A stretch of 64,000 nucleotides of DNA from a virus, in IMG/VR virus record IMGVR_UViG_3300009124_000001. One strand, given 5' to 3'. Below the pieces are notes generated by a model. That model was not told where the DNA came from. It saw nothing but the letters and a program-made list of their open reading frames with translations, and ran no database searches. Position numbers and translations under genes: made by a program. Shown here in pieces: positions 44,401 to 53,941 of the stretch. Numbering within the stretch: position 1 is the first letter of the stretch; the number at the start of each line of letters is the position of its first letter.

Positions 44401-46684
44401 TACAAGCGTCACATTCTGCTTCATCTCCTGACTCAATGTCAGCGAGGAGTGCTTGGAGTTGTTCTTCTACACTTTCCTCGTCCTTCTTATTGTCGTATGT
44501 ATTCTGATAGTACGATGTTTTCCAACCATATTTGTATGTATTGAGGAGGTCTCCTGCCATAACGGAGACAGGGATCTCGTTGTTGGGGAAGAGAGTTGGG
44601 TTGTAGGACCAGTTGCCACTGATTGCTTGGTCAAAAAACTTCTGCATAACAGCAACAATATTGATGTAACCTTCGTTGGAAGGCATGTCCCACAGCAACG
44701 TGTAGTTGTTCTTCAAGGAATTGTATTGGGGAACAATCTGTTTAAGAGGTCCTTTCTTTGATTTTTTAATGGACAAGTAGTCACGAGGTGGTTCGATTCC
44801 GTTGGTTGCGTTTGACACAACGGAACTGCTCTCCGATGGCATCTGTGCGGACAGTGTGCTGTGTCGCAGCCCGAATTTTTGAATAGATGTCCGTAAAGAA
44901 TCCCAGTCATAGAGATATTCAGGTTCTACAAGTTCGTCCAACTCCTTCTTATATGTATCAATCGGGAGAATGCCATCATGATACTTGGTACGCTCGAACC
45001 CATCACATGCACCTTTCTCGATAGCAATCTGGTTGGATGCTTTCAGAAGGTTGTACTGGAATGATTCTGTCAACTTATGAACTTCCGCTAGGGCACTACG
45101 ATCTTCATATTTAATACCTTTCTTGGCAAGGTAGTGTGCCAAACCGATGAAACCAATGCCTAGGGAGCGACGAGAGAGGGTGCTACGACGTGCTGCATTG
45201 ACGGGGTAGTTCTGATAGTCGATGAGTTCTTCCAGACCACGGACAGCAAGGTCAGCAAGGTCTTCCATTTCATCTAGATCTTTCAACTTGCCGACGTTGA
45301 TAGCAGACAGAATGCACAGAGCAATCTCACCTGCTTCATCATCGATGTGATCGATGGGATCAGTCGGCAGAGTGATCTCCTGACACAGGTTCGACATGTT
45401 CACCTTGTCCTTGAAGGACGAGTGTGAATTGCAGTGGTCGATGTTCATGATGTAGATACGACCAGTCTCTGCTCTCTCTTTCAGAAGGTCGAGGATGAGT
45501 TGTTGACCGTTGACTGTCTTTCTAGGGATTGAATTGTCTGATTCGTAACGGCAGTACAAATCGTCAAAGCCATCAGTCCCGAAAGCATCGTAAAGACCAG
45601 GGACATCATGAGGACTGAAAAGTGAAATGTCTCTGTTTTGGATGAAACGCTCGTAGAAAAGTTTACTGAGTTGAATGGAGTAGTCCAGTTTTCTGACACG
45701 ATTGTCCTCCGTACCTTTGTTGTTTTTCAGGACGATGATGTCCTCTATCTCTTGGTGCCAGATGGGGAAGTGGACTGTTGCGCTTCCGCCTCGGATGCCA
45801 TTTTGTGTGCAGCATCGGACAGTTGACTCAAACTTTTTGAGAAATGGTACAACGCCTGTGTGCTGAACCTCACCGCCCCTGATCTTGCTGTTGATACCCC
45901 TGATGCGACCTGCGTTGATACCGATACCCGCCCTTTGTGCAACGTATCTGCCAATAGCCATATCGCTAGTAAAGATACTATCGAGGGTGTCATCAATATC
46001 AACAAGGACACAGCTAGCAAATTGTCGAAGTGGAGTTCGCACTCCCGCCATGATAGGTGTGGGAATGTTGATCTTGTGCCTGCTGATTGCGTCGTAGTAT
46101 CTTCGGACATATTCAATCCTAGTGTCTGCTGGGTACTGAGCAAAGAGGGTAGCAGCGATCAGCATGTACATGTACTGAGGAGTCTCGTACGTTGCACCGC
46201 TGCTGCGATCCTGCACTAGATATTTATCCGTGACTTGCCTCAAACCAGCATATGTAAACAGAAAGTCACGTTCGTGATCGATGTAACCATCAAGCACGTT
46301 CCACTCGTCTTCTGAGTAATAGTTCAGCAGGTCAGAATCATACACACCCCACTCAACACCACGCACCACCTGAGCATATACAGTGGGGTGATTGTCAGGA
46401 TGATCCCAATATACAGACTTGCGAAGGGAGAACAGAAGCAAACGAGCAGCAACGAACTGATAGTTCGGAGCATCCAGAGTGATCAGATCATTAGCAGAAC
46501 GAATCAAGATCTCTTGAATGTCAGCAGTTTTGATGCCATCAAAGAATTGCAAGTTAGCACTCATCTCTACTTGCGATTCGGATACACCACCAAGACCACG
46601 GCAGGCATGTTCGACCATTACATGAATCTTATCGAGGTTGAGAGGTTCAACAGTCCCATCTCTTTTAACAACATTGACGCTCAT
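44393..46684 (-). CDS. nrdA: ribonucleotide reductase class I alpha subunit
   Basis: ATP cone, PTPIMAG, SNLCQEI, C-terminal ECDAC. Confidence 0.98.
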   Translation of the reverse strand: MSVNVVKRDGTVEPLNLDKIHVMVEHACRGLGGVSESQVEMSANLQFFDGIKTADIQEILIRSANDLITLDAPNYQFVAARLLLFSLRKSVYWDHPDNHPTVYAQVVRGVEWGVYDSDLLNYYSEDEWNVLDGYIDHERDFLFTYAGLRQVTDKYLVQDRSSGATYETPQYMYMLIAATLFAQYPADTRIEYVRRYYDAISRHKINIPTPIMAGVRTPLRQFASCVLVDIDDTLDSIFTSDMAIGRYVAQRAGIGINAGRIRGINSKIRGGEVQHTGVVPFLKKFESTVRCCTQNGIRGGSATVHFPIWHQEIEDIIVLKNNKGTEDNRVRKLDYSIQLSKLFYERFIQNRDISLFSPHDVPGLYDAFGTDGFDDLYCRYESDNSIPRKTVNGQQLILDLLKERAETGRIYIMNIDHCNSHSSFKDKVNMSNLCQEITLPTDPIDHIDDEAGEIALCILSAINVGKLKDLDEMEDLADLAVRGLEELIDYQNYPVNAARRSTLSRRSLGIGFIGLAHYLAKKGIKYEDRSALAEVHKLTESFQYNLLKASNQIAIEKGACDGFERTKYHDGILPIDTYKKELDELVEPEYLYDWDSLRTSIQKFGLRHSTLSAQMPSESSSVVSNATNGIEPPRDYLSIKKSKKGPLKQIVPQYNSLKNNYTLLWDMPSNEGYINIVAVMQKFFDQAISGNWSYNPTLFPNNEIPVSVMAGDLLNTYKYGWKTSYYQNTYDNKKDEESVEEQLQALLADIESGDEAECDACNV

Positions 46685-47679
46685 ACTTTCTTCCAGTCTG
46701 TAAATTTGAGTTTTGCTTCTAAACCTTGATAGGTGTTACGTTTGATTATATCAGAAGGATCTAATCCTGCCAACACCATATCATTGATGTCCTTGTGTAC
46801 TAATTCTTTTGGCCAGATAACCACCGACTCCTTGCTTCTGATGGCAGCGTCAATCCGCTGGACGATTTGCACGTTTCTCGGTTCATTATCGAAGACCCAG
46901 ACCCTATTTGAATAAGGTAGAGTGCGGTGGTCAACATCGCTACCACACATAGCGACAGCGTTCCTAATGAAAGTGGAGTCGAAGGGTCCTTCGGTGACAT
47001 AGACAGTTTCCTCAGTGTTGATAAAGTTGCATCCAAATAATTTTAGATGATCATCGTCGAAGATCACCGTAATGTATCGTAGATTTGACTTTGGTGCCAA
47101 AGAGCGACCCTGGCATCCAAACCAAGTACCATCCTCGCGAAGGAGAGGGATAATAATTCTACCTCTATCGTTTTGTAGGTTCTCAAAGGTTTGCTTTTGT
47201 TCGTTGACCCACCTCTTAAACTTATCGACATAGTAAAACCTACCGAGTTGGTCCTCGGGAATCTTCCTGTCGATCAGGTACTGCTTGGCGGGGTGTCCAT
47301 TATTTAGGTCCTTGATACTTGTCAACCCCGATACAGTTTTCTTTGCAAAGTGTGGTTTGCTATCAGGAACTTCGATCTTCTTGACCGTGGTGCCCTTACC
47401 AGTGGCATTGTTCCTATACTTCTCTAACTGATACTCATCATAGACAGCAGGTTCCACATCCTTCAAGAAGTTTGCAAGAGTCCTACCGATGCCACAGTTG
47501 TGACACTTGTAGACCATGCGGTTCTTCATCTCGAAGAAGTAACCTCGTGCCTTGTTCTTATGCTTTGACGAGTCCCCACAGTAGGGGCAACGGAAATTGT
47601 AGAGTCCGTTCTTGACTTTCTTAAACTTTTCTAGACGCCACGACAAACGGGTGACGTACATCTCGTCCATCGTGAACAT
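46681..47679 (-). CDS. gp61: DNA primase gp61
   Basis: NFRCPYCGDS...CHNCG...EGPFDS...DNEPRN...KDINDM. Confidence 0.96.
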   Translation of the reverse strand: MFTMDEMYVTRLSWRLEKFKKVKNGLYNFRCPYCGDSSKHKNKARGYFFEMKNRMVYKCHNCGIGRTLANFLKDVEPAVYDEYQLEKYRNNATGKGTTVKKIEVPDSKPHFAKKTVSGLTSIKDLNNGHPAKQYLIDRKIPEDQLGRFYYVDKFKRWVNEQKQTFENLQNDRGRIIIPLLREDGTWFGCQGRSLAPKSNLRYITVIFDDDHLKLFGCNFINTEETVYVTEGPFDSTFIRNAVAMCGSDVDHRTLPYSNRVWVFDNEPRNVQIVQRIDAAIRSKESVVIWPKELVHKDINDMVLAGLDPSDIIKRNTYQGLEAKLKFTDWKKV

Positions 47680-48097
47680 AAGATACTGCCGCTGGATCCA
47701 GCATACTCGCGTTCGCCTTGGGTGTCAAGAAACTTCCAAAGATGTCAGACGCTTTCAGGATTGTCACAGCAGCGATGCCTAGACCGACAGCGATCCATCT
47801 GAACTTATAGAGATCATCAATCTTCTTCTCCATCTCACTGAATCTCTCAGTGAAACGTTCAAACATTTTCTCATCATACTTCTGATGATCGTTGATCATC
47901 TTGATGATTGCTTGGTTTGCTTTGTCTCCTTCGTCGAGTCTATTCTCATGACGCTCCAAGATTACAGCAACCTTGTTACTATTCTCCGAGATAGTCCCGA
48001 CTGCTCTTTCTAGTTTGTCAAGCATCTCTTTGGAGAGATCTTCATAAATATCGAGTTTTGATTCTAAAACCGCTAACTTTTGAAGACCAAAGGCCAT
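47621..48097 (-). CDS. conserved coiled-coil protein with C-terminal hydrophobic helix
   Basis: LAVLESKLDIYEDLSKEMLDKLERAV...FRWIAVG. Confidence 0.8.
   Translation of the reverse strand: MAFGLQKLAVLESKLDIYEDLSKEMLDKLERAVGTISENSNKVAVILERHENRLDEGDKANQAIIKMINDHQKYDEKMFERFTERFSEMEKKIDDLYKFRWIAVGLGIAAVTILKASDIFGSFLTPKANASMLDPAAVSYVHDGRDVRHPFVVASRKV
47700..47728 (-). promoter_or_regulatory. sigma70 promoter for gp61-nrdA-nrdB
   Basis: TTGACA-17bp-TATGCT. Confidence 0.7.
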
Positions 48098-48468
48098 TAC
48101 TGATTCCTCATCGCCTGTTGACGTTTATCCCAGTAGAATTTAATCACCTCATTAGGATAAAGTCTCTTGACGGAGAATCTTTTTGCAACTTCTGGGCGAT
48201 AAATCTTTCTCAATTCAATCTTGACTTGCGATTCAGACTTACCATAGAAGATAAATTCAGTCTGTCCATCTTCAAAGGACACACGGAAGGGGAGATAGTT
48301 CTCAGCAACTTGCTCTGTTTGGAGCATTTGCTCTACACTCTTCTCATACTTACGCTTCTTTGGTTTCTTCCTAGTCAGACGTGTGATACCAGGAGGTTCA
48401 TGAGACGGCGGGAGAGCAGTCTCAGCACCAGTACCAACTGAATTTGTAGGAGCGTCTTCGTTAATCAC
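48097..48468 (-). CDS. hypothetical protein
   Basis: MINEDAPTNSVGTG N-terminus. Confidence 0.75.
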   Translation of the reverse strand: MINEDAPTNSVGTGAETALPPSHEPPGITRLTRKKPKKRKYEKSVEQMLQTEQVAENYLPFRVSFEDGQTEFIFYGKSESQVKIELRKIYRPEVAKRFSVKRLYPNEVIKFYWDKRQQAMRNQ

Positions 48469-48836
48469 AGGTCTCTTAATGTCATCTTGATTGTATTATC
48501 TATGGGAACACTCGCCAAACAACCAGCACTGTGTTCAGGGTAGCGATTTAGATAGACAATGAAAGTCTTCAACGCTGACCAATACTCTGGTTCCAACTTG
48601 TACATTAGTAAAGGGAGTGTCCCATCACCAAATACATTGTATAGAACTATCAAATGATTCAGAATTAAATTGGTTCTGAGAACCCCCGAGTTAGTGTAAC
48701 GTTTCAGCAATCGTTTCAGATATTTGAACTTCTTCATGTCTTCCATGAAGTCGTCAACAGTAACAGAGTGGGGGTTCTCGTAATGTTTGATGGCAAACAT
48801 TAAATGGTTTTTATCATTCAGTTCATCAAAATACAT
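48465..48836 (-). CDS. conserved T4-like hypothetical protein
   Basis: FAIKHYENP...FKYLKRL...LILNHLIVLYNVFG. Confidence 0.85.
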   Translation of the reverse strand: MYFDELNDKNHLMFAIKHYENPHSVTVDDFMEDMKKFKYLKRLLKRYTNSGVLRTNLILNHLIVLYNVFGDGTLPLLMYKLEPEYWSALKTFIVYLNRYPEHSAGCLASVPIDNTIKMTLRDL

Positions 48837-48851
48837 AACAGAGTGTAATCA

Positions 48852-49478
48852 TCAAGATCCGAAGGTTACGGTTGCTGCACCATCAGAGATCACTTCCTCT
48901 GTACCACCTGCCGAGGTGATCTTGACGCGATACTTGTAGCCATCGAGAGAACCATCAGCGAGACCACTGTAAGCAAGAGTTGCGGTCGTGAAGTCTGCAT
49001 AGGTGATTCCTGCGTCGAGAGATGCAGTGATGTTGACCCAACGGGTAGTTGCCGCTGCGGTCTGACGCTGCCATTGATATGTGAGAGCACCAGGGGTGCC
49101 AGTTGTGCTTGTGGTGAGGGTGAATGTACCAGCACCAGAGGAAGATGTGCTGCTTGCGGGTTGCACGTCGATGACCACTGCCGATGCCACGTCTGCTGCG
49201 ATGGTGTCGTCAGCAAGAGTTTCGTTGGCATTGAGGTCAGGGTTAGCAAGCACCATCAGGTGCTCTGCCTTGTGACGAGTGCGACCATTGTGGTCAGTGT
49301 AGGTTCTATATGCCCACCAACCAGGGGCAGTGATACCACGGGACTTGTTTTCTTCTAGTCCTGCTTCTGTGTCGTCAACAAACACAATCGTCTCTGAGGC
49401 AGAACCGCTGCCGTTTCCACGGGTCAGTGCTACCTTGTCACGATTTGCCGTTGCGTCAGTTCTCCCATAAAGAGACAT
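48852..49478 (-). CDS. virion structural protein with C-terminal Ig-like domain
   Basis: TYQWQ...W.NI...DGYKYRV.ITS; late promoter upstream. Confidence 0.7.
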   Translation of the reverse strand: MSLYGRTDATANRDKVALTRGNGSGSASETIVFVDDTEAGLEENKSRGITAPGWWAYRTYTDHNGRTRHKAEHLMVLANPDLNANETLADDTIAADVASAVVIDVQPASSTSSSGAGTFTLTTSTTGTPGALTYQWQRQTAAATTRWVNITASLDAGITYADFTTATLAYSGLADGSLDGYKYRVKITSAGGTEEVISDGAATVTFGS

Positions 49479-49509
49479 GTTTGATTACTCCAATTCGGTT
49501 CCTATTACT

Positions 49510-49546
49510 TATTTATAAAAAATAAGAGACCGAACTGGTCGGTCTC
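49510..49546 (-). terminator. terminator overlapping late promoter TATAAATA
   Basis: GAGACCGA-CCAGT-TCGGTCTC-TTATTTT then TATAAATA. Confidence 0.7.
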
Positions 49547-49552
49547 CTAGTA

Positions 49553-49753
49553 TCAACCCTCTCGAACTTCGAGAGCTTGTTTGACTTTCTCAAAGAGTTC
49601 ATCATCAGCAGTTGTCTTAGTGAGTTTTACTGCTTTACCTATGATCAGAAGACAGAGGTCGATGAGTTTCTCACCGAGTTCTGCATCATCAGGGATCTTG
49701 GCAACAGCAGCATCTACAACTTTATACGCCAGAGGCAGAAGAAAAGATACCAT
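49553..49753 (-). CDS. small hypothetical protein
   Basis: FLLPLA...KAVKLTKTTADD. Confidence 0.75.
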   Translation of the reverse strand: MVSFLLPLAYKVVDAAVAKIPDDAELGEKLIDLCLLIIGKAVKLTKTTADDELFEKVKQALEVREG

Positions 49754-49786
49754 GACCTTATAGAATAGACTATATTCTATATAGGC

Positions 49787-50182
49787 TTACTTGTATCCTT
49801 TTGCCTTACGATCGTGGTCAATGGTTGCCTGCATCATGCGTTGCTTCATGCGATCCTTAGCCTTTTTCTTTGCCTCGGAGTCATCAACTTTGGCAGGGGC
49901 AGCAGGTTCTTCTGCTACGACTTCGGTCTCTTCCTTGCGAACATCTTCGCCAGGTTCGTACCACTTGCCATCACCATCAGAGTCTTGCCAACGGTTGCCT
50001 GCCTTGGCAGCCTTGATGTGCTTCTCTTTTGATTTCTTCTTGGCGGATTCTCTCAGTGCCTCCACCTCAGAACGTACGATTTTTCTTAGTGATTCAGACA
50101 TGAGATCCTCTTTCTTTGGGTTGATGATCACGTTACCTTTCTTCTTGGTTTGCGTGACTTCTTTGTTAGTGTCAGGTTTCAT
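49787..50182 (-). CDS. hypothetical protein, likely virion-internal
   Basis: WQDSDGDGKWYEPGEDV motif; highly charged. Confidence 0.7.
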   Translation of the reverse strand: MKPDTNKEVTQTKKKGNVIINPKKEDLMSESLRKIVRSEVEALRESAKKKSKEKHIKAAKAGNRWQDSDGDGKWYEPGEDVRKEETEVVAEEPAAPAKVDDSEAKKKAKDRMKQRMMQATIDHDRKAKGYK

Positions 50183-51675
50183 TCGGAAATTCCTAATTCT
50201 GCACGCCAGGAATATGTAGTCTCTTCACCCATGCGTCGTGCTACGTTACGAGCGCCACGGGAGACAGAGCGAGCAGCGCCGCCGACTACCTTCTTGATTC
50301 CTGACTTAATTCGATCGCGAAGACGAACGCGATTCGCGTCTCCACCACCGCTGCTGCTACCACCAGAGGAGGAAGAAGCAGGACGAGATTCTACGCCACC
50401 TTTGGGGGTGCCACCAGGGTTGCTACCCTGGGAACCTCGCTCATATCCTTGCTTGAAGTTGGAAGCGGCAGACTTTGCTGCGCGACCAGCGGCACCAGCG
50501 GCATAACCAGCGCCCTTGGCGACTGCTTTGCCAGCGGACTTCAATGCCGCTTTCAGTTTCTCACCACGACCACTACCAGAGTCAGACGACTTGCTTTGCA
50601 GACGCTTACGTGCTTCGGCACCAGCATCACGCTCAGCAGGTTTTGCCTTGCTAGCAGCAGACTTCATGGCAGCACCAGTTGACAGACGATCCTTTGCCTG
50701 ATCTCTGCGACGTTGGATTTCTTTGGGATCCATACGTTCCACCAGAAGATCGATCTCATCGATCATGTCCAGTGCTTCGGTGAGAACCTCAGCATCCAAT
50801 TCGATCAGCGCCTCAACACAGATGTCATGGAGTTCTTCAAAGGTGAATGTATCGAAGTCTTCGTCAAGAATGATATCCTCAATGAATGCTTCAAACTCTT
50901 CCTTCTTCGTAAGGTTTGCCTTACGGTATGCAATATCAGCACGGGTGCCTTTGTCCATCTTGCCCTGGTTCTTCTGACGCTCACCTGGCTTAGCAGGTTT
51001 ACCGACACCCTTAAAGGAGCGGTGTGAGTATGCAGCACCACTGTGCTTGCTGTCACCAGAGATCATCTTGCCACCGTCAGAGCGACTGTCCTGATACTCT
51101 TTCTCAGACTGACCATGCTTGCCTTTGTAGAGTTCTTCAATGTTCTCTTCCTTCTGGCAATCGGGCACTTCCTTACCGCCCTTCATCTTGGTTCCCTTTG
51201 CCTTGTAACCATCCCAGCACTTATCAGCACCGACATTCTTGCGAGCCTGTTTCAGACCTTCGACCATCTGCTGATGCAGATCTTCGATGTCAATGTGCTC
51301 ACGCTGCATGTTGAGACCGATGTCCTCAGGTGCCTTGGCAGTCTTTTCCCCTTTCTTGCCTACGACCGAGTAACGACCATCAGACTTCTTACCAGTGATG
51401 ACCATTGACTGACCACCCTGGGAAATTACGCGACCAATGTTGCGATCATCTTTGAACGCAGCCCTGTTCTTGTCGATCAATGCCTTATCAATTGGGAACC
51501 CAGCATATCCCTCAACGACCTCCTCATGAGTGTCGATGATTTCTGATACCTTTACCACTGCTTCTTGGAGACGAGTGGTGGGTGCCTTTGTACCTTCCTT
51601 TACGCAAGTAAGGATAGTACGCTGTTCCTGCTGAGTGTACCCCAGTAGGGCAGCACTTACTTTAATATCCAACAT
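50179..51675 (-). CDS. large charged protein, likely virion-internal
   Basis: CWDGYK..GTK.KGGKEVP.C and LYKGKHGQSEKEY motifs; many xEE/LxE sites. Confidence 0.7.
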   Translation of the reverse strand: MLDIKVSAALLGYTQQEQRTILTCVKEGTKAPTTRLQEAVVKVSEIIDTHEEVVEGYAGFPIDKALIDKNRAAFKDDRNIGRVISQGGQSMVITGKKSDGRYSVVGKKGEKTAKAPEDIGLNMQREHIDIEDLHQQMVEGLKQARKNVGADKCWDGYKAKGTKMKGGKEVPDCQKEENIEELYKGKHGQSEKEYQDSRSDGGKMISGDSKHSGAAYSHRSFKGVGKPAKPGERQKNQGKMDKGTRADIAYRKANLTKKEEFEAFIEDIILDEDFDTFTFEELHDICVEALIELDAEVLTEALDMIDEIDLLVERMDPKEIQRRRDQAKDRLSTGAAMKSAASKAKPAERDAGAEARKRLQSKSSDSGSGRGEKLKAALKSAGKAVAKGAGYAAGAAGRAAKSAASNFKQGYERGSQGSNPGGTPKGGVESRPASSSSGGSSSGGGDANRVRLRDRIKSGIKKVVGGAARSVSRGARNVARRMGEETTYSWRAELGISE

Positions 51676-51704
51676 TGATCTAGGGCTAGGGGAAAAGTAT
51701 AGTA

Positions 51705-52751
51705 TTATTTATTCTTGATGGTTTTTTGGTTCTTTGTGAACTCACTGAACTTCTTGACTTGTTGTCCAGGGGTCATGTTTTGAACCGCCATTCTATATGT
51801 ATCAGTTCCGACCTTCCAATCGTTACCGCTACCATCATCAGCAGAATGATTGCTTTGATCACACACTTCTGAAATGTGCTGCAACCAGGCACGGTGCTCA
51901 GTGCCATCAGGCATTTCAAAGATCACATAGTTAGTGCCACGATGCACAACGTTACCACGCAGACCACTGTCGTCGTGCTCCACCAGGGCACCGACCTTGA
52001 AGATATGGTCGAGCATATAGTGGTTACGGAAGGCATCGTAGTCGAGTTTAGGAGCATACTCCCACACAGTACCCTCAGCGACTGCCTTCTCTTTCTTCTT
52101 AGCAGCAGGTTTCTTCTTCTCGGGTGGTTTCATACCATCCAAGACATGCTGCATCATCTCTTTGGACTTCTTGTATCCACCAGTTCCTGCATGGAAGGAG
52201 TCGTGGTCACCCCCCTGGGCATGGGATCGCATCTTGGAAGCAGACAGGGTTTCGATAGGATCATCACTATCGTTATTTCTAGCACCAGCAGACTTAATGT
52301 TAATAGACTTGAAGTCATAGTGCTTACCATTATACTTCTGAGTTAGATTCTCAAACTCTTTCACACGATCATCACCAACAACCATAGTCACATGCTCATG
52401 TCCTTCATCATGAAGGTCACGAAGAATATCGAAGATGTTTCTATGCTGCTCAGAGTTCTGAATTTTGTCAGCATGGTCCTTGAACATACCACGCATATGT
52501 TGGATCTTCTGCTCAGGGTGCAGAGGATTCTTTTTGTGATCCTGAGAGCGGGAGGGATAGATACGATAGTTGCCTGAGTCCCCAGAGTGTGACTTCACAG
52601 CATCAAGCAACTTGCCATGACCAGCATGGGGAGGGTTAAACCTACCGAAAGTGATAGCAACATGCTTGTCTACAACTTCGTTCTTCTTCTTACTGCTAGT
52701 TGCCTTTTTGGCAGCAGCGGCTGCTTCGATGATGAACTGACGAAATCTCAT
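51705..52751 (-). CDS. cytidyltransferase-like (HIGH family) nucleotidyltransferase
   Basis: TFGRFNPPHAGH...KNPL...VVGDDRV...SASKMR. Confidence 0.88.
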   Translation of the reverse strand: MRFRQFIIEAAAAAKKATSSKKKNEVVDKHVAITFGRFNPPHAGHGKLLDAVKSHSGDSGNYRIYPSRSQDHKKNPLHPEQKIQHMRGMFKDHADKIQNSEQHRNIFDILRDLHDEGHEHVTMVVGDDRVKEFENLTQKYNGKHYDFKSINIKSAGARNNDSDDPIETLSASKMRSHAQGGDHDSFHAGTGGYKKSKEMMQHVLDGMKPPEKKKPAAKKKEKAVAEGTVWEYAPKLDYDAFRNHYMLDHIFKVGALVEHDDSGLRGNVVHRGTNYVIFEMPDGTEHRAWLQHISEVCDQSNHSADDGSGNDWKVGTDTYRMAVQNMTPGQQVKKFSEFTKNQKTIKNK

Positions 52752-53941
52752 TTGCCCCAATCTTTTGCTACGGTGAAGTTTGCCCGAGAGAATTCAAGTC
52801 TATCAACAAGTTTGACAGCAGTGCCATCCTTGATGGCCACAAATCCTTCTGGACTCGTGACTTTGTAACCCGTCTCATCTTCTAGGAATGTACCAACCCC
52901 CTCAATTTTTTTGAGGCGATTGATGATCTGTTCTTTCGCTGTGATGAGGTTCTTGAACCCCGAAAGCGCCCGATAGATCTCAGACTTATTACTATTTAGG
53001 TATTTGATTGCCTCCTGCTTCTTATCATTCCACTTCTCCTTTGCCTTGGGTGTCTTCACACCTGCCTCTTTGAGGGCATAGCGAGACTCAACGAACACCT
53101 TGAACTCGTTCAGCATCTGGATGCTAGAAGAGGGGATCTTCCCTTCCTTGATCTTCTGGTTGAAGTAAATCTTAAAGAGTGCAGCAGGTTCCATGCCAGT
53201 CAGTTTGCCACCGATCTGGTTCAGGAAGTTCCTAGACGAGTCTAGGTTACGCTTGGCAGTCCTCAGAGACATGTTCAATCGGTTGAGTTCAGCACTGCTG
53301 AGGTTTGCGATGCCGTTGGTGTTAGTGAAGTCAGAGGAGAATACTGCCACATCAGAGTTACCTTGCAGACCAGAAACGTCAACACCAAAAGATGCCGCCA
53401 TGGAATCAAAGTCTTGTCCACTATACTTAGTGTGAAATACAATACCTAGTTTAGACGCTGCAACCTTCTTGCCCATCTCGGTCGCTGCTTCGACACAATA
53501 TGTAATGGTGTTGGGTTTGAACTTGTAGCAACGCTTGCCACCCATGGTAGTGATCATAGGAGCACCAGTGTATAGGAGGTCACCTTGGATCACACCCTTG
53601 ATAGGCAACTTAGACAGAAGATCCAGCGCCATCTTCAACTTGTTAGCAAGTTCTCCTTGATACCACTGGTCAATATCATCGTGACTGTAACAGATCTTAG
53701 GTTCAGTCTTGGCGAAGACAGACTTCGTACCAACAAAGAAGAAACCATTCAGAGGATCTTCACCACAGATGATGGCAGGAGCACCGTCCCACTTCACAGT
53801 GACCTTCATGTCACCGCCACCACTACCAGTGGTCAGCATACCTTTGAGTCCTTCAAGGAAGTTCAGGGCATTCTGAGCACCAGCGTACCCCTGGTTAAAG
53901 ATGTCGTCTTCGAGGTGTTCGAGGTGTGTGTTCTTGCTCAT
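52748..53941 (-). CDS. conserved T4-like cyanophage protein with ligase-type nucleotidyltransferase motifs
   Basis: KWDGAPA, IQGDLL, IVFH, PEGFV, VKLVDR. Confidence 0.75.
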   Translation of the reverse strand: MSKNTHLEHLEDDIFNQGYAGAQNALNFLEGLKGMLTTGSGGGDMKVTVKWDGAPAIICGEDPLNGFFFVGTKSVFAKTEPKICYSHDDIDQWYQGELANKLKMALDLLSKLPIKGVIQGDLLYTGAPMITTMGGKRCYKFKPNTITYCVEAATEMGKKVAASKLGIVFHTKYSGQDFDSMAASFGVDVSGLQGNSDVAVFSSDFTNTNGIANLSSAELNRLNMSLRTAKRNLDSSRNFLNQIGGKLTGMEPAALFKIYFNQKIKEGKIPSSSIQMLNEFKVFVESRYALKEAGVKTPKAKEKWNDKKQEAIKYLNSNKSEIYRALSGFKNLITAKEQIINRLKKIEGVGTFLEDETGYKVTSPEGFVAIKDGTAVKLVDRLEFSRANFTVAKDWGK

